Of a stretch of DNA of 64,000 nucleotides, positions 1-13,147 are shown in pieces. A model generated the notes under the pieces. That model had not been told where the DNA came from. It made no database searches and saw only the letters and a list, made by a program, of their open reading frames with translations. Position numbers and translations under genes: made by a program. Position 1 is the stretch's first letter; the number at the start of each line of letters is the position of its first letter. This DNA is from Octopus sinensis. Taxonomy: Eukaryota. Location: positions 63,488,001-63,552,000 of the forward strand of contig NC_042998.1 of the NCBI RefSeq assembly GCF_006345805.1, given 5' to 3'.

Positions 1-1854
1 AAGAGAAACGATTACTAATCTAAGAAGCAAGTTCTATATAGATATTATAATAGAAACCTTATCTGCGTGTGCTTGCGTATATCAAAATGAAACAGCATAC
101 AGGCATAAATACGTCATTCTGTGTGTATACACAAGTATGCTCTTATGTATAGTTTCATTACATTATGATGTAATGTCATGTTCACACTGTAGACAGCCAG
201 ACAAGATGCTTTTTCAATGGCTTCACTCGAGAGTAAAAAGGAAATTTATACATAAATACATACATGCATACATACATATACATTTATGTACATATATGTA
301 CATGTATGTATATATTAACAATTCTAACGCCATTGCATATTTTGCAACTATTCTCTTTTCTGTTCCATTTGACATCATGAAAATATGTTGAGTTTCCTTC
401 CTTCACAAACTTAACAGAAGGCATCTAAAACCAACAAAATATTTAACATTTATACAAATAAAATATCTCTTACAATATACAAGTAACGTTCAACATTATC
501 GTGTTTCTGAAAGAAGAAATAACTCAGATATATGAACACTTTCAAACATTCTATGAATTAAGAAATAAAAAACACAAAACAAAACAAATTAGTCGCACAA
601 ACACGCGCATTCACACAGAGACATATATGTATATATGTATACTATGATGCTAATAAATGTTATGTAACACCGGGCAAAGTCTACGCAAACCGTATACCAG
701 TATTATATCATTATCAGGCCATTAGATACTTGTACTAGAGCCCAGAATGTTGCTAGCATTCGGAACAAGCGTCCGGTTTAAGGATAACTTCGTCACTTCA
801 AACGTAACTTACCCTCACTAGAACTAGAGATAAATTTGAAGCTGATGCACCTATTCTGCACTTTCACAAGAGATTAGATGGAAGACCGTAAAATTCGAGA
901 GCCTCACAAAGGGAGAAATTGCACTAGAAACGTATTGTCAATGTTCAAAGACAGTAAGGTGTGGGTATTGATTGTTCTTGAACTGATGAATTAAAAAGAT
1001 TGTTAAGTAAAGGGATTTGGTGGCTAACTGTATGAGATTTAATGTTTACATAAGTGTTAATTGCTGAAATTAGTAGGAGTTCATCATTGAAATGGCTGTA
1101 ACATAAAAAAAACATGAAAGATAATGATTTTGACGAAACCTCTAGCGCGAAACGTCTCTTCTTTCATTGTAATGTATTCACTACAGGAACTGTCGCAAGC
1201 ATCATCATATATTCTCGAGGAGAAGAATCAACACAGCATCTTTTCCAATTCCTAATCACATGTTTCTAACTAGCCAAGCAGTGACAGAGGCGCACAGATG
1301 TCTTCTAGACATGATTATATTATATTTCAGATAATACAATAGAAAGTTAGTATTACAAATACAGCTAGTTAGTAGACGAGACGAACAATATTCCCTAATA
1401 CGTATACGTTATGTACATATACATACGTATAATATATATATGTATATATGTATATATATATATATATATTTATAATTACAGGTACACACACACATATATA
1501 TGCATGTATGTATATATATATGTCTATATTTATATATATACATACATACATGCTTATTCATATAAATACCTGCACACAATTTTAAATGCACACTCACACT
1601 CACTTACACATACACACATACACAGACACGCTTACACACACATGATATGAATACGCAATATTTCTCAGATATATACCAACATACACATATCATCAATGAA
1701 TTCTACAACTATTGCAATTGTGTAAATACAATATGCTGCTTATCTGGCATTATTTCGAAAAAATTTGTGTAAGTGTTTGAGCGAATGAAGAAACTGGAAG
1801 TGACTGAGTACTCCACAGACACGTGTTCCTTTAACGTAGTTCTCGAGGAGATTC

Positions 1855-2059
1855 AGCGTGACACAGAGTGTGATAAGGCTGGACCTTTGAAATACAGGTA
1901 CAACAGAAAGAGGGAGAGAAGTGTGTGGTGAAAGAGTACAGCACGGATCGCCACCGCTTTCTGCCAGAGCCTCGTGGAGCATTAGGTGTATTTGCTCAGT
2001 AAACACTCACAACGCCCGGTCTGGGAATCGAAACCGCGAGTCCGCTGCCCTAACCACTG
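1855..2059 (-). mobile_element. tRNA-derived SINE, family C (partial, small internal deletion)
   Basis: Reverse complement matches the head and body of the copy at 20408-20668 (cagtggttagggcagcggac...gtttcgattcccagaccgggcgttgtgagtg), with Pol III A/B-box-like motifs. Confidence 0.8.
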
Positions 2060-2434
2060 TACATAAGCCTTGATGAAATTCTCCGTCATACAATAGTGCT
2101 ACTATTCATTTTTTTTATCATACAGTTTATGATAAGATCACAGAATATGGCGTCTATTTTCAGCTGGGAAACCTTCAGTATAGATTTTTGCGCTAAATAA
2201 TGTATACCGAGGTGTTCTATCGACGAGTAAATTTAAAACGGAAAAGAGATGCTAGCAACGGCTAATTACACTCGCAACGTTAACTAATCGAAAGCATAAT
2301 CATTACATTATTTTTCATATCTAAGGTCAATGAAATATAACTCAATTTGGTAAATCGCTCCTCACTTAGTTGTATGCATATCTGCGCGAATTTGTGATTA
2401 AGGTGAGTGTGAGATTATATTCCATTTTTTCTTT

Positions 2435-2674
2435 TATTCTTTTATTTGTTTCAGTCATGCGACTGCGGCCATACTGGGGCGCCGCATTAAGTCGAACAAA
2501 TGGACCCCAGAACTAATTCTTTGTAAGCCTAGTAATTATTCTGTCGGTCTCTTTTGTCGAACAGCTAAGTTACGGGAACGTAAACACACCAACATCAGTT
2601 GCCAAGAGATGGTGGGGAGCAAGCACAGACAAGAAAAGACATAAATACATACACACAATTGCGTATATGTATAC

Positions 2675-2709
<35 letters not shown>

Positions 2710-2940
2710 AGTATGTGTGTGTGTATGTGCGTGTGTGTGTGTGCGTGTGTGTGTGTGGGTGTGTGTGTTGTGTGTAAGACTGGCTTCCTTCAGTTTCTGT
2801 CTACCAAATCCATTCACACGGCTTTGGTCAGCCCGAGGATATAGTGGAAGAAATTTGCCTAAGGTGGCACGCACTGGAAATGAACCCGGAACCATGTGGT
2901 TAGAAAGCAAGCTTCTTACGTTACAGTCACACCTGCGCCT
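2435..2940 (-). mobile_element. tRNA-derived SINE, family A (long, internal microsatellite)
   Basis: Colinear with the complete copy at 56689-57100: tail ttgtttcagtc..actgcggcca, internal (TG)n, head ...aaccatgtggtt...cacacctgcgcc. Confidence 0.9.
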
Positions 2941-3022
2941 ATATATGTGTGGTGTTTACGTATATGCATATCGAAAAAAGAAAGTTTACAATGGCGCTGA
3001 AATTTTTTTATGTGTATGTCTA

Positions 3023-3080
<58 letters not shown>

Positions 3081-3269
3081 GAGACCGGACTAAACAGATC
3101 AAGTGGAGCCTCGTGGGGTGCATAGTGATTGAAGAGGTCACAGGATGTGTGAAGAAGGGTTTCCCAGAGAAAGGACATAAAGAAGAAAACTAATAAATCT
3201 GAAGTGAAGAACGAATATATTGTGTGTTTATTTCTTTGGCAAAAATACAAAAACAAAACAAAAAAATTC

Positions 3270-4118
<849 letters not shown>

Positions 4119-4944
4119 TACATCCATACATACACATATACATACATGCATACTTACATTCTCACATACCTACATACATAAACACACACACACACACACA
4201 CACACATTTTTATATATATATATATATATATATACACATTCGAATGTATTTATATATACATACATGATGTTATTGATACAAATGTATGTCTTCACATACA
4301 ATACTTTCGTATCGAAAAATATTTTGTTGTGCATGTTTTCACAAAGTGATTTTTTAAAAACAAGACAAAAAAGAAAATACAAAAGAAAATACCCAGAAAA
4401 ATCTTCAAATGCAAATATTTTAGAGAATGAATATCAGTGCATGTTACCACAAAAAATAGTTTTACTTGAAAATGAAAAACATATTCTGTTAAACGGTTTA
4501 CGCTGTTTTTAGCTCATAAAATTTAAATTATGAGGGTTGCATAGATATATTGCGTAGAATGATGATCAAATATCTTCATCATACCCGCATACGAACATAT
4601 TCTCTGTAAATAGACGAAAATTAAATGCTGTCGGCTGCAAAGCTATTGTAATGCAAAATGGCAGCTTACGCTTCCTTACGCTGACTCGGAATAAGCAGTA
4701 AACAGATGTCACACGTATGTATGGCACTCTGTGCCACTTGCTCGCTAATTCCACGTGAGTGCTGTTCAGTTGACTGGACTTGCGGTCGCTTAGCGGTCGA
4801 AATCTTTGAGATAATAGACCATATACGCACACGCATACACACATAAACACACACACACACACATACACACACACACACACACAGAATATGTTAAATGAAT
4901 ACTTTTTCTTTTAAATGTTTTCTATTTCACTTATCCCAGACATT

Positions 4945-5117
4945 GGACAGCAGCCATGCTGGTGTTTTAGTCGAACAAATCTCCTTACTCCTTTTCAAAC
5001 ATTTGGTACATATCCTATTCATATTTTTCGTTGAATCGCAAAGTTTCTATGAGGTAAACAAACTAATAGCGGCTATTAAACGTGGGTGGTTGACTGACAC
5101 ACACACACACACACACA

Positions 5118-5162
<45 letters not shown>

Positions 5163-5285
5163 ACACACAGTAGTTAGCATCTTTGTCTATCAAATTCGCT
5201 CCCGCGTTTATGATGGATGATATTTTCTCATGAGGCTGAACCCAAAACTATATGGTTGAAATTAATCTTTTTAACCACACAACCA
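4945..5285 (-). mobile_element. Degenerate SINE family A copy
   Basis: gcagccatgctgg...ttagtcgaacaaatc and ctgaacccaaaactatatggtt...ttaaccacacaacc resemble the family A tail and head. Confidence 0.55.
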
Positions 5286-6203
5286 TCTAGAAACATTAAA
5301 TTAGAACTACCTTTTAAAATTATTTAGATTAACTTTGTGCACATATGTTTTGTCCGTAATAAATTCAGCAACTCATTGGCACTTGAAAGCTCGATATAAT
5401 GTAATTCACTTCCAAAAATAGTGTAACATTTACATGCATTTGTTCTATTTTTTTTTGTAGCTGAGCAAAAGTGTCTGTATGCAGTATATTATAGTTCTAC
5501 GATCAACCATCTATAAACTGATATAACTTAACGCTGCTAGACTATATCCTATTAACTCTTGTATGCAACGAATTCCAATAGTGACCATGAGCGAAAATGG
5601 ATATTAGGAAAAAAAGATTAAAAGTATATAAATATTAAAAGTAGTCATACAATTACGGAGAAAATTTACACAACACCGCAAAAAGTATTGCAACAAAATT
5701 ATCGAACAGATCTAGCGCGAACAAATTCCGTAACACGAGAGAAGAGCCAGGCATAATATTACACAGAGGCACACATACTCGTGCACATACACAAAAATGT
5801 ATAGAAGTTGATCCATTTTGAAAAATCATTTGGTGTCGTATAAATAAATACTTTAAATGCTGCTTTCGTAGTGACCAGCATTGATAACATGTTCGCAAGC
5901 AGATTTTAGCTGTTTAGAATTGTGCATAAGTTTTATTTCGGTTTGTAGTTCAAAGATCTGGTCTCATATTACAAATGCGTATTCAGAGAAAATTTGCATA
6001 AACACGTGAGAATCTCTACTCCAGGTCTATTTGAGCGTATAATACAATTATATTTTCCTTTCCCTTTCTGTTTCATACTCTGTGTCTATGTATACACAGA
6101 TAGACACATGCTCAGATATACATATACATACATACATAACATGTACATGCACACGTATAGATATGTATACATACGTATATATTTACATATGTATATGAAT
6201 ATA

Positions 6204-6239
<36 letters not shown>

Positions 6240-6249
6240 TGTATGTATG

Positions 6250-6285
<36 letters not shown>

Positions 6286-6838
6286 CATACACACACACGC
6301 ACAAACATACGACCACGCATTTCTGGCTCTCTCTTTCGTTACCCGCGCACGCACACACACATATAGGCGTATTTATTTGTACTTATATACGTATGTATAT
6401 ATAAGCGTTAGTATGTATGTATATTTATATTACAACAGATGTCTATATACGTCTACGTGTATGTGTGTGTGCGTGCATGCGTATGTGCGTGTGTAGGTAT
6501 GTGTATGTACGTGTGTAGGTATGTGTATTTACGTGTGTGTTCAAGTTAGTACCTACGTGTTTCTGTAGTTGTATGCATGGAATTATCGCCACATGCATGT
6601 GCTCATTTTCCGAACGCAGATCTCCGGCTCCTCCGATGCAAATAAATGAAATGAATTATGAAATTTATTTACTTCAGAGGCAAATCATTGCGTATTCTCT
6701 CTGATGGTAATGCTAGTGTGGCAAGAATGCTTCTCACAGAGCATGGCTGCTACAAAATTCCACCGACTGTATCGCTGTTAAACTAATCCAATATATAAAG
6801 TAGACATGCCCACCCATACACACGCATTCACAGACAGG

Positions 6839-6869
<31 letters not shown>

Positions 6870-7104
6870 ACACACACACACACACACACACAACACACAC
6901 ACACACTCACATACACTCATATTTGAAGATTGCTTAATCATATAGGTTTAAGTACTTCATCAATATGTAATAAAGTTGAGCTTGCTTTACAGATGCGAAA
7001 CAGGAGCTATTAAAATTCTCAGATGTTACTTCACTGCATAAACATGATAGGGAAAATGTCTGACTAAACGAATTATGGCATACATACATACCTACACACA
7101 CACA

Positions 7105-7176
<72 letters not shown>

Positions 7177-7339
7177 TATTATTCTGATTTTTCTCTTCCA
7201 CACACTTGTGATTCAAAACAGAACAGGTTCAGACCTCTTTTGCTTTTAAATTTTATTTCCAGTCTCATAGCATGAGCATTACATGTAGAATTAAAATGGC
7301 CCACGTTATACATATACATATACATATATATATATGTAA

Positions 7340-7805
7340 TACGTACATATAAGCGAAATGACCACTACGTGGACAACCCTAATGCTAGAAGTAGATCCGT
7401 TATGGTCTTACAACTATGAAAGAATGTTCTCAAGAAAATTTAGCAAACGCCAAAACGTAAGCGAGCAAGACAACAGAAAAGAAACAAAAATATAGATTAA
7501 TCATAGACATGTTTCGCTATCAGCAGTTACGCAATTTTACTTACGTAATTGTCTGTAGCTCTACGGTATGATCGTCATTGCAAATATAATTTGCAGAACA
7601 ATACACTAGACGTCCACATGAGTTCGAACATGCATACAGTTCTATCAATTACACTTTTGGTTATCTTTTCATTTGTCGTGCTCGCTTACGTTCTGGTTAT
7701 TGCTAAATTTTCTTGAGAACATTCCTTTCATAGTGGTAGGGCCATAACGGATCTACTTCTAGCATTAGTGTTGCCTACATAGTGGTCATCTCTCTTATAT
7801 ATATA
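7340..7805. repeat. Inverted repeat pair (~140-bp arms, ~185-bp spacer), Penelope-type repeat
   Basis: 7340-7480 (gaccactac...ctaatgctagaagtagatccgttatgg...gttctcaagaaaatttagcaa...acgtaagcgagc) is the reverse complement of 7665-7805. Penelope assignment is inferred from the layout. Confidence 0.8.
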
Positions 7806-7929
7806 CGTAATATAATTTTCTGAACTTTCAGATTTTTAATATACTAGACCACTGGTTTTAAATTGATATTAATCAAATTAATATTCAATTTTTTACCCTT
7901 ATTATTTCAAATTTATATATATATAAATT

Positions 7930-8075
7930 GAGCTGGCTGAAACTGTAGCACACCGGGCGAAATCCTTAGTCGTATTTCGTCTGCCGTTACATTCTGAGGT
8001 TTATGTAATCGACTTAATCCCTTGTCTGTCCTTGGTTGCCTCTCTATTTTAGCCCCCTGTGAGTAGTAAAGAAAT
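7930..8075 (+). mobile_element. tRNA-derived SINE, family B (internally deleted)
   Basis: gagctggc...ccgggcgaaat..ttag..gtatttcgtctgccgttacattctgag...gtaatcgacttaatccc...agtaaagaaat matches the copies at 37261 and 49344. Confidence 0.85.
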
Positions 8076-8083
8076 ATATATAT

Positions 8084-8134
<51 letters not shown>

Positions 8135-9106
8135 TTTGTATACGTATAAATAATATATTTATAAATATTCTATTCTTTTCCTTTACCGTGTTGCTCTTTG
8201 GAGGATCGGTGGCGAATGACCTCCCCGGTTCCCACTCGTAATCTCATGGTATGCAAAATCATGTACGTGTATGTTCGACAAATACATAGCAGCCCATTGG
8301 CACATACACGAAGCATATATGCCAAGTATATGTAGTTGATTATTTATTACACTAAAACTGCTTCTATTTTATATTTAAATTTATTCTTACGTATGCATTT
8401 GTCGAGCATACCCGTACATGATTTTGCATTCCAGGATCATATGAGTCGTGGACTAGTGAGGGCGTTCGCCTCCAATTCTTTTGCGTACGTGATGTCGACA
8501 AGCCATAAATATGGTGGCGCATCGACGTCCCTTACTCCTATATGGGATTGAAGGTAGATTATCTCGCCTGTTTCAAAGTGAATATCTCCACCGCGCCAGT
8601 AGAAGCCCATTGCTTAATATACGAAGTATGTACGTTAGGTATATATATGTGGTTAATGCTATTTATTATTATAATTATTCTTGTTGTTGCTGATCGAAAA
8701 TAACAAAAATATTTTAGGTTGTCCATTTCTTTGAAAAATACATAACGTGAAACACATGTTTAGGATTTATACATCCTCTGCTGGTAATGAATTAAAAGAT
8801 CTTAGCTAATTAACATTTTGCACTCAGTTCTTCCTACATACACCGAACGTAATGCCTGCGTAAATATGTTTGTACACATAATTCCATTTATCCGTCATAC
8901 ATGGATACATGCATAAACATATAAAACGGTTTGTGTATGGATTTTTCGCCAAATTAGGCAGAAACCCTATGACGGATACCTCTTATGTGTTTATTACACT
9001 GCATTCATATGAATATTATATTTAGTCTATTGACTAATGTTTGTACACGCTAGGCCAGTGGTGGTAAAATTTTCTAAAATTTTTATTACCCTGATATTAT
9101 TAATTG

Positions 9107-9202
<96 letters not shown>

Positions 9203-9284
9203 TGTATGTATGTATGTATGTATGTATGTATGCATGTATGTATGTTATATATGTATGCATGCATGCATCCATGCATGTATGTTT

Positions 9285-9345
9285 CAGATGTCGTGATATG
9301 TCGTGACTTCTCGAAAGCTTTTGATGAGGTAGATCATGGCATAAG
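9285..9345 (+). pseudogene. Tiny CR1-type LINE reverse-transcriptase fragment
   Basis: Translates as DVVICRDFSKAFDEVDHGI, matching the RT motif D.IY.DFSKAFD.VDHG. Confidence 0.7.
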
Positions 9346-9389
9346 ACACATCCTACGGGACATTTATTCACGAATCTATCTATCTATTG

Positions 9390-9455
<66 letters not shown>

Positions 9456-10507
9456 ATGCATGCACGCTTATATGCATACATTGAAAGATAGATATGTGTA
9501 GGATTTGACGTATTATAATAAACGTAATTGCTTGCGATAAGCTCTTGAAAATTGCCATAACCTTTATACTTTACTTTATACTTAAATAAAGGAGTTTATC
9601 TCATTCATAAATCTCAGCGGAATATCACCGCTTATCAATTTAGTTATTAGTGTTGCGAAATGTATTGATTGTATTTCATGAGGAGGATTAGGTTATGGGA
9701 ATCGATTATTAATTCTCTTTTCTATTGTTAAACATAATGTATGAGATCTATCTTTTACTCAGAGGTTTTACTATGATGGCGGGTTAGTGTCGCGGGGTGG
9801 GAGCGCAGATTAGCTCATATTATTATGTGGTATACGACTTTAGCTGATCTTAAGTTCAAACGTTACGTGAGGAAATTGACAGTAAGACGATTATTGTGGT
9901 CCAGTAATATTCGTCTATATTTTTATAGTTCACCATGATCTCATGCTCGTTGATAATGGTGATTATGCGCATGATTAGGATGAGTAGGAGGAGTAGGAAG
10001 AGTAGGAATAAGAGGAGGAGGAACAAATATGCAGAATGATTCTGCACTAATTAGTTACCTATAAATATATGTATCTGAACTTATATAGAGAGAGAGGATA
10101 AGGAAATGGAGGAGAAACAACGAATAGAAGTGTGTCTGTGGTGCTAAAAAGCCATTATTTAATTAAGGTGTGGGTAAGAGTGAATTTACTGCAGTTTCTG
10201 TGTATCGTAGTAGAGGTAAATATGTATTTACCTCGTTGCAAATGGTTGGCGTCATCAGAAGGCAGAGAAAGACAAAGAGGAGAAAGAGCGAAAGTAGAGG
10301 GAGAAATCGGAGAAGAAAATCTCCGATGATTCGAAAGTCATATATTTTAGTTGTGTTCAAAGTTCATTAAATCCATTGTGAAGTAATTGAAGAATAGGGG
10401 ATGGTTGAATCCAAAGTCCCGTAGTTAGTTATTAGCATGACTTCCGGGTGTCTTCCTGTTCAGCTGTTTCAACGTCGCTGTAATCTGAAGGAGTTTTCCC
10501 TAAAGAG

Positions 10508-10646
10508 AGTTTGCTTACCAGCCACATGGCTACTAGTTCAGTCCCACTGCGTGGAACCTTGGGCAAGTGCCTTCTACTATAGCCTCGGGCCGACCAAAGC
10601 CCTGTGAGTGGATTTGGAAGACGGAAACTGAAAGAAGCCCATCGTA

Positions 10647-10742
<96 letters not shown>

Positions 10743-10945
10743 ATATATGTGTATGTTTGTGTGTCTGTGTTTGTCCCCCAACTGATGGTAGTGTGTTTAC
10801 GTCCCCATAACTTAGCGGTTCGGCAAAAAAGACAAATAGAATAAGTACTAGGCTTCCAAAGAATAAATCCTGGCGTCGATTTGCTCGACTAAAGGCAGTG
10901 CTCTAGAATGGTCGCCTTCAAGTGACTGAAACAAGTAAAAGAGAG
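10508..10945 (+). mobile_element. SINE family A (head slightly truncated)
   Basis: gttcagtcccactgcgtggaaccttgggcaagtg...gactgaaacaagtaaaagag is colinear with 56689-57100. Confidence 0.9.
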
Positions 10946-10951
10946 TATATA

Positions 10952-10998
<47 letters not shown>

Positions 10999-11015
10999 GT
11001 GTGTGTGTGTGTGTG

Positions 11016-11120
11016 TACGAGGTGTATGAAAATTCTTGTGCCTGAAAAATACAAAATATGGTACAAGACTTCAAGTCTCAAAGGCTTTGAAGGCTCAAAA
11101 CCTTTCATACATCACTCGTA
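11016..11120. mobile_element. ~105-bp Tc1/mariner-type MITE
   Basis: Ends tacgaggtgtatgaaaatt and aaacctttcatacatcactcgta are imperfect inverted repeats with TA at both outer ends. Confidence 0.6.
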
Positions 11121-12949
11121 TATATATGTGTGTATATGTATGTGTGTTTGTGTGTGCTCGCGTATGTGATAGTTTGAAGTGAACTTGTCGTGAACAGATG
11201 GACATTTACTCCAATATAAAACCAAAGATTTGTAGTTAAAGCATTACTTATACACAACACCTGTCGTTTGAAAACAAAATGGAGCATAATAATTTCCAAG
11301 TGAAAGGGAGACAGTCGTATGGATTCAACAATCGATCGACCATACCGCCGAGGAGAAATCCTCTGCGTGTTCGATCACGCAACCAAATGTAGAATTTATA
11401 TCTTCTTTATATCACATCGTACTGTATTTTTACAAGAAATGTATTGGATAATATAGCCATTGTAAAATAAAAGTGGAGAACATGGTTCGAGCTCTTCTCG
11501 AAATAGGTCGACTGGAAAAATTTAGAACTTGCGTTAAACATATACAACATGAATATTCATTTGTGTAGCATTAAATATTTGTATAGCAATTTGTTTTTTC
11601 GGTTTTAGTAAAATATTACATAGAAAACACGTACGAAGAAAAGTTAAGAGAGTTTGGAAGGAACTGAGCTTGTGTTATGACCTGTATGCAGACCTAACAA
11701 TTTGAATGGTCAAACACCAAAAGACAAGAAAGTATAGGCGACCTGCAATGGCATGTAAAGTGTAAAAGAATATGGTTTTCCGTAAGGATGAGGAGAAGAA
11801 TAAGGTTTAATGTAAAAATCTTAGTCAGAGGAAGACGAACTATAATCCCTCATTTGAAGTTCATTGTGATCGATAGCTCTTTGTATTCTAAGAAGCAAGA
11901 CTTAGGTTGATGAATATATGGAGATAATTCAGCTTATGCTATTGACTTGTATGTAGCCCAAGCAATTTCACTGGTCAAATCCGAAATGACGAGTCATCGG
12001 TGATAATATGAGGAAATGGGTTGGATTGGTTAATATAGTGTTTCGGTGAATGGAAAGCAGCATACTGCATGGAGTCTGTTGCTGATATACCGAAACGTAA
12101 AGCGACGGATATTAGATAACTTTTGCAAATACATCTGGGAAAATAACAAACGTCATTTTATTCTCTATCTCATTACACCTTCTATGTGTAGTTTTTACAT
12201 AGTGAGAAAGAACCTAATATTAAGACATGTATTTCGTAACAACGTCTTCACTAAACAGAAAATGGAAATAATATAGTTATACAACATCGCACGAATATTA
12301 AAAAAAAAAATAGAGAAATATATATGTTTACACTCAAAATACCCATGTGTAAGCTTTCTGTTTTTCTGCTGCCGATAAATAGATTTTCCCAAAAAATGCA
12401 GAAATAAACAAAATAGATTTTCTCTTTTCCTTCTGCAATCGATTAATTTCAGTACATTTTCGCACACTTCTTGCCGTCTGCATACGTTATGCTTACTATA
12501 AGTTCTGCCTTTCGTCTCTCTAAGCAAGAGTTAAACACACACGCGTGTACACACTCACAAACACACATACATATACACACATATATAGCGCAACAATCAA
12601 AATGCACAGCTATATGCAGTTGCATTCTTCAATTTGCACTCCCCTCATTAAAGTCAGCATGTTGCCCGGATAACAAAGTCTAGTTGTAATCTCCAGAAGT
12701 TGATAAACACTATTCTTCGTGAGTTGTCCAAAGAATAAATCTTTTATAGTCACGTCAGCAATAAATTTACAGTTCTATTGCATTCCTTTGTATTCCTCAA
12801 TGTTTTAATTACTTAATTGTGAATTTAAACCGTCCGATATTAACTTGCCAGCGCATTTATGCAAAATTTTCACCTACGCCCATTTTCCCAACCTATCTTT
12901 TTTTCTCGCCTCGCATTCTCTCTAATATCCTCTATACATATACAGTGGT

Positions 12950-12990
<41 letters not shown>

Positions 12991-13095
12991 AACAAATACG
13001 TATATACGGGCAAGCGTATATGCATATGTCTTGAATATCTGTGTACATAAGCGTATTCTTATATACGAGTGTATATACACATTGATGCATGTATG

Positions 13096-13147
<52 letters not shown>

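Noticed and set aside
1129-1160. Hammerhead-like ttgacga...gaaacgtc
   Set aside because: The core C is mutated and stems I and II do not pair; at most a decayed remnant.
1177-1335. GTVASIIIFSRRRIN, vaguely like a GPCR TM1 end, after a cag acceptor
   Set aside because: Short resemblance only, with no donor site or further transmembrane exons.
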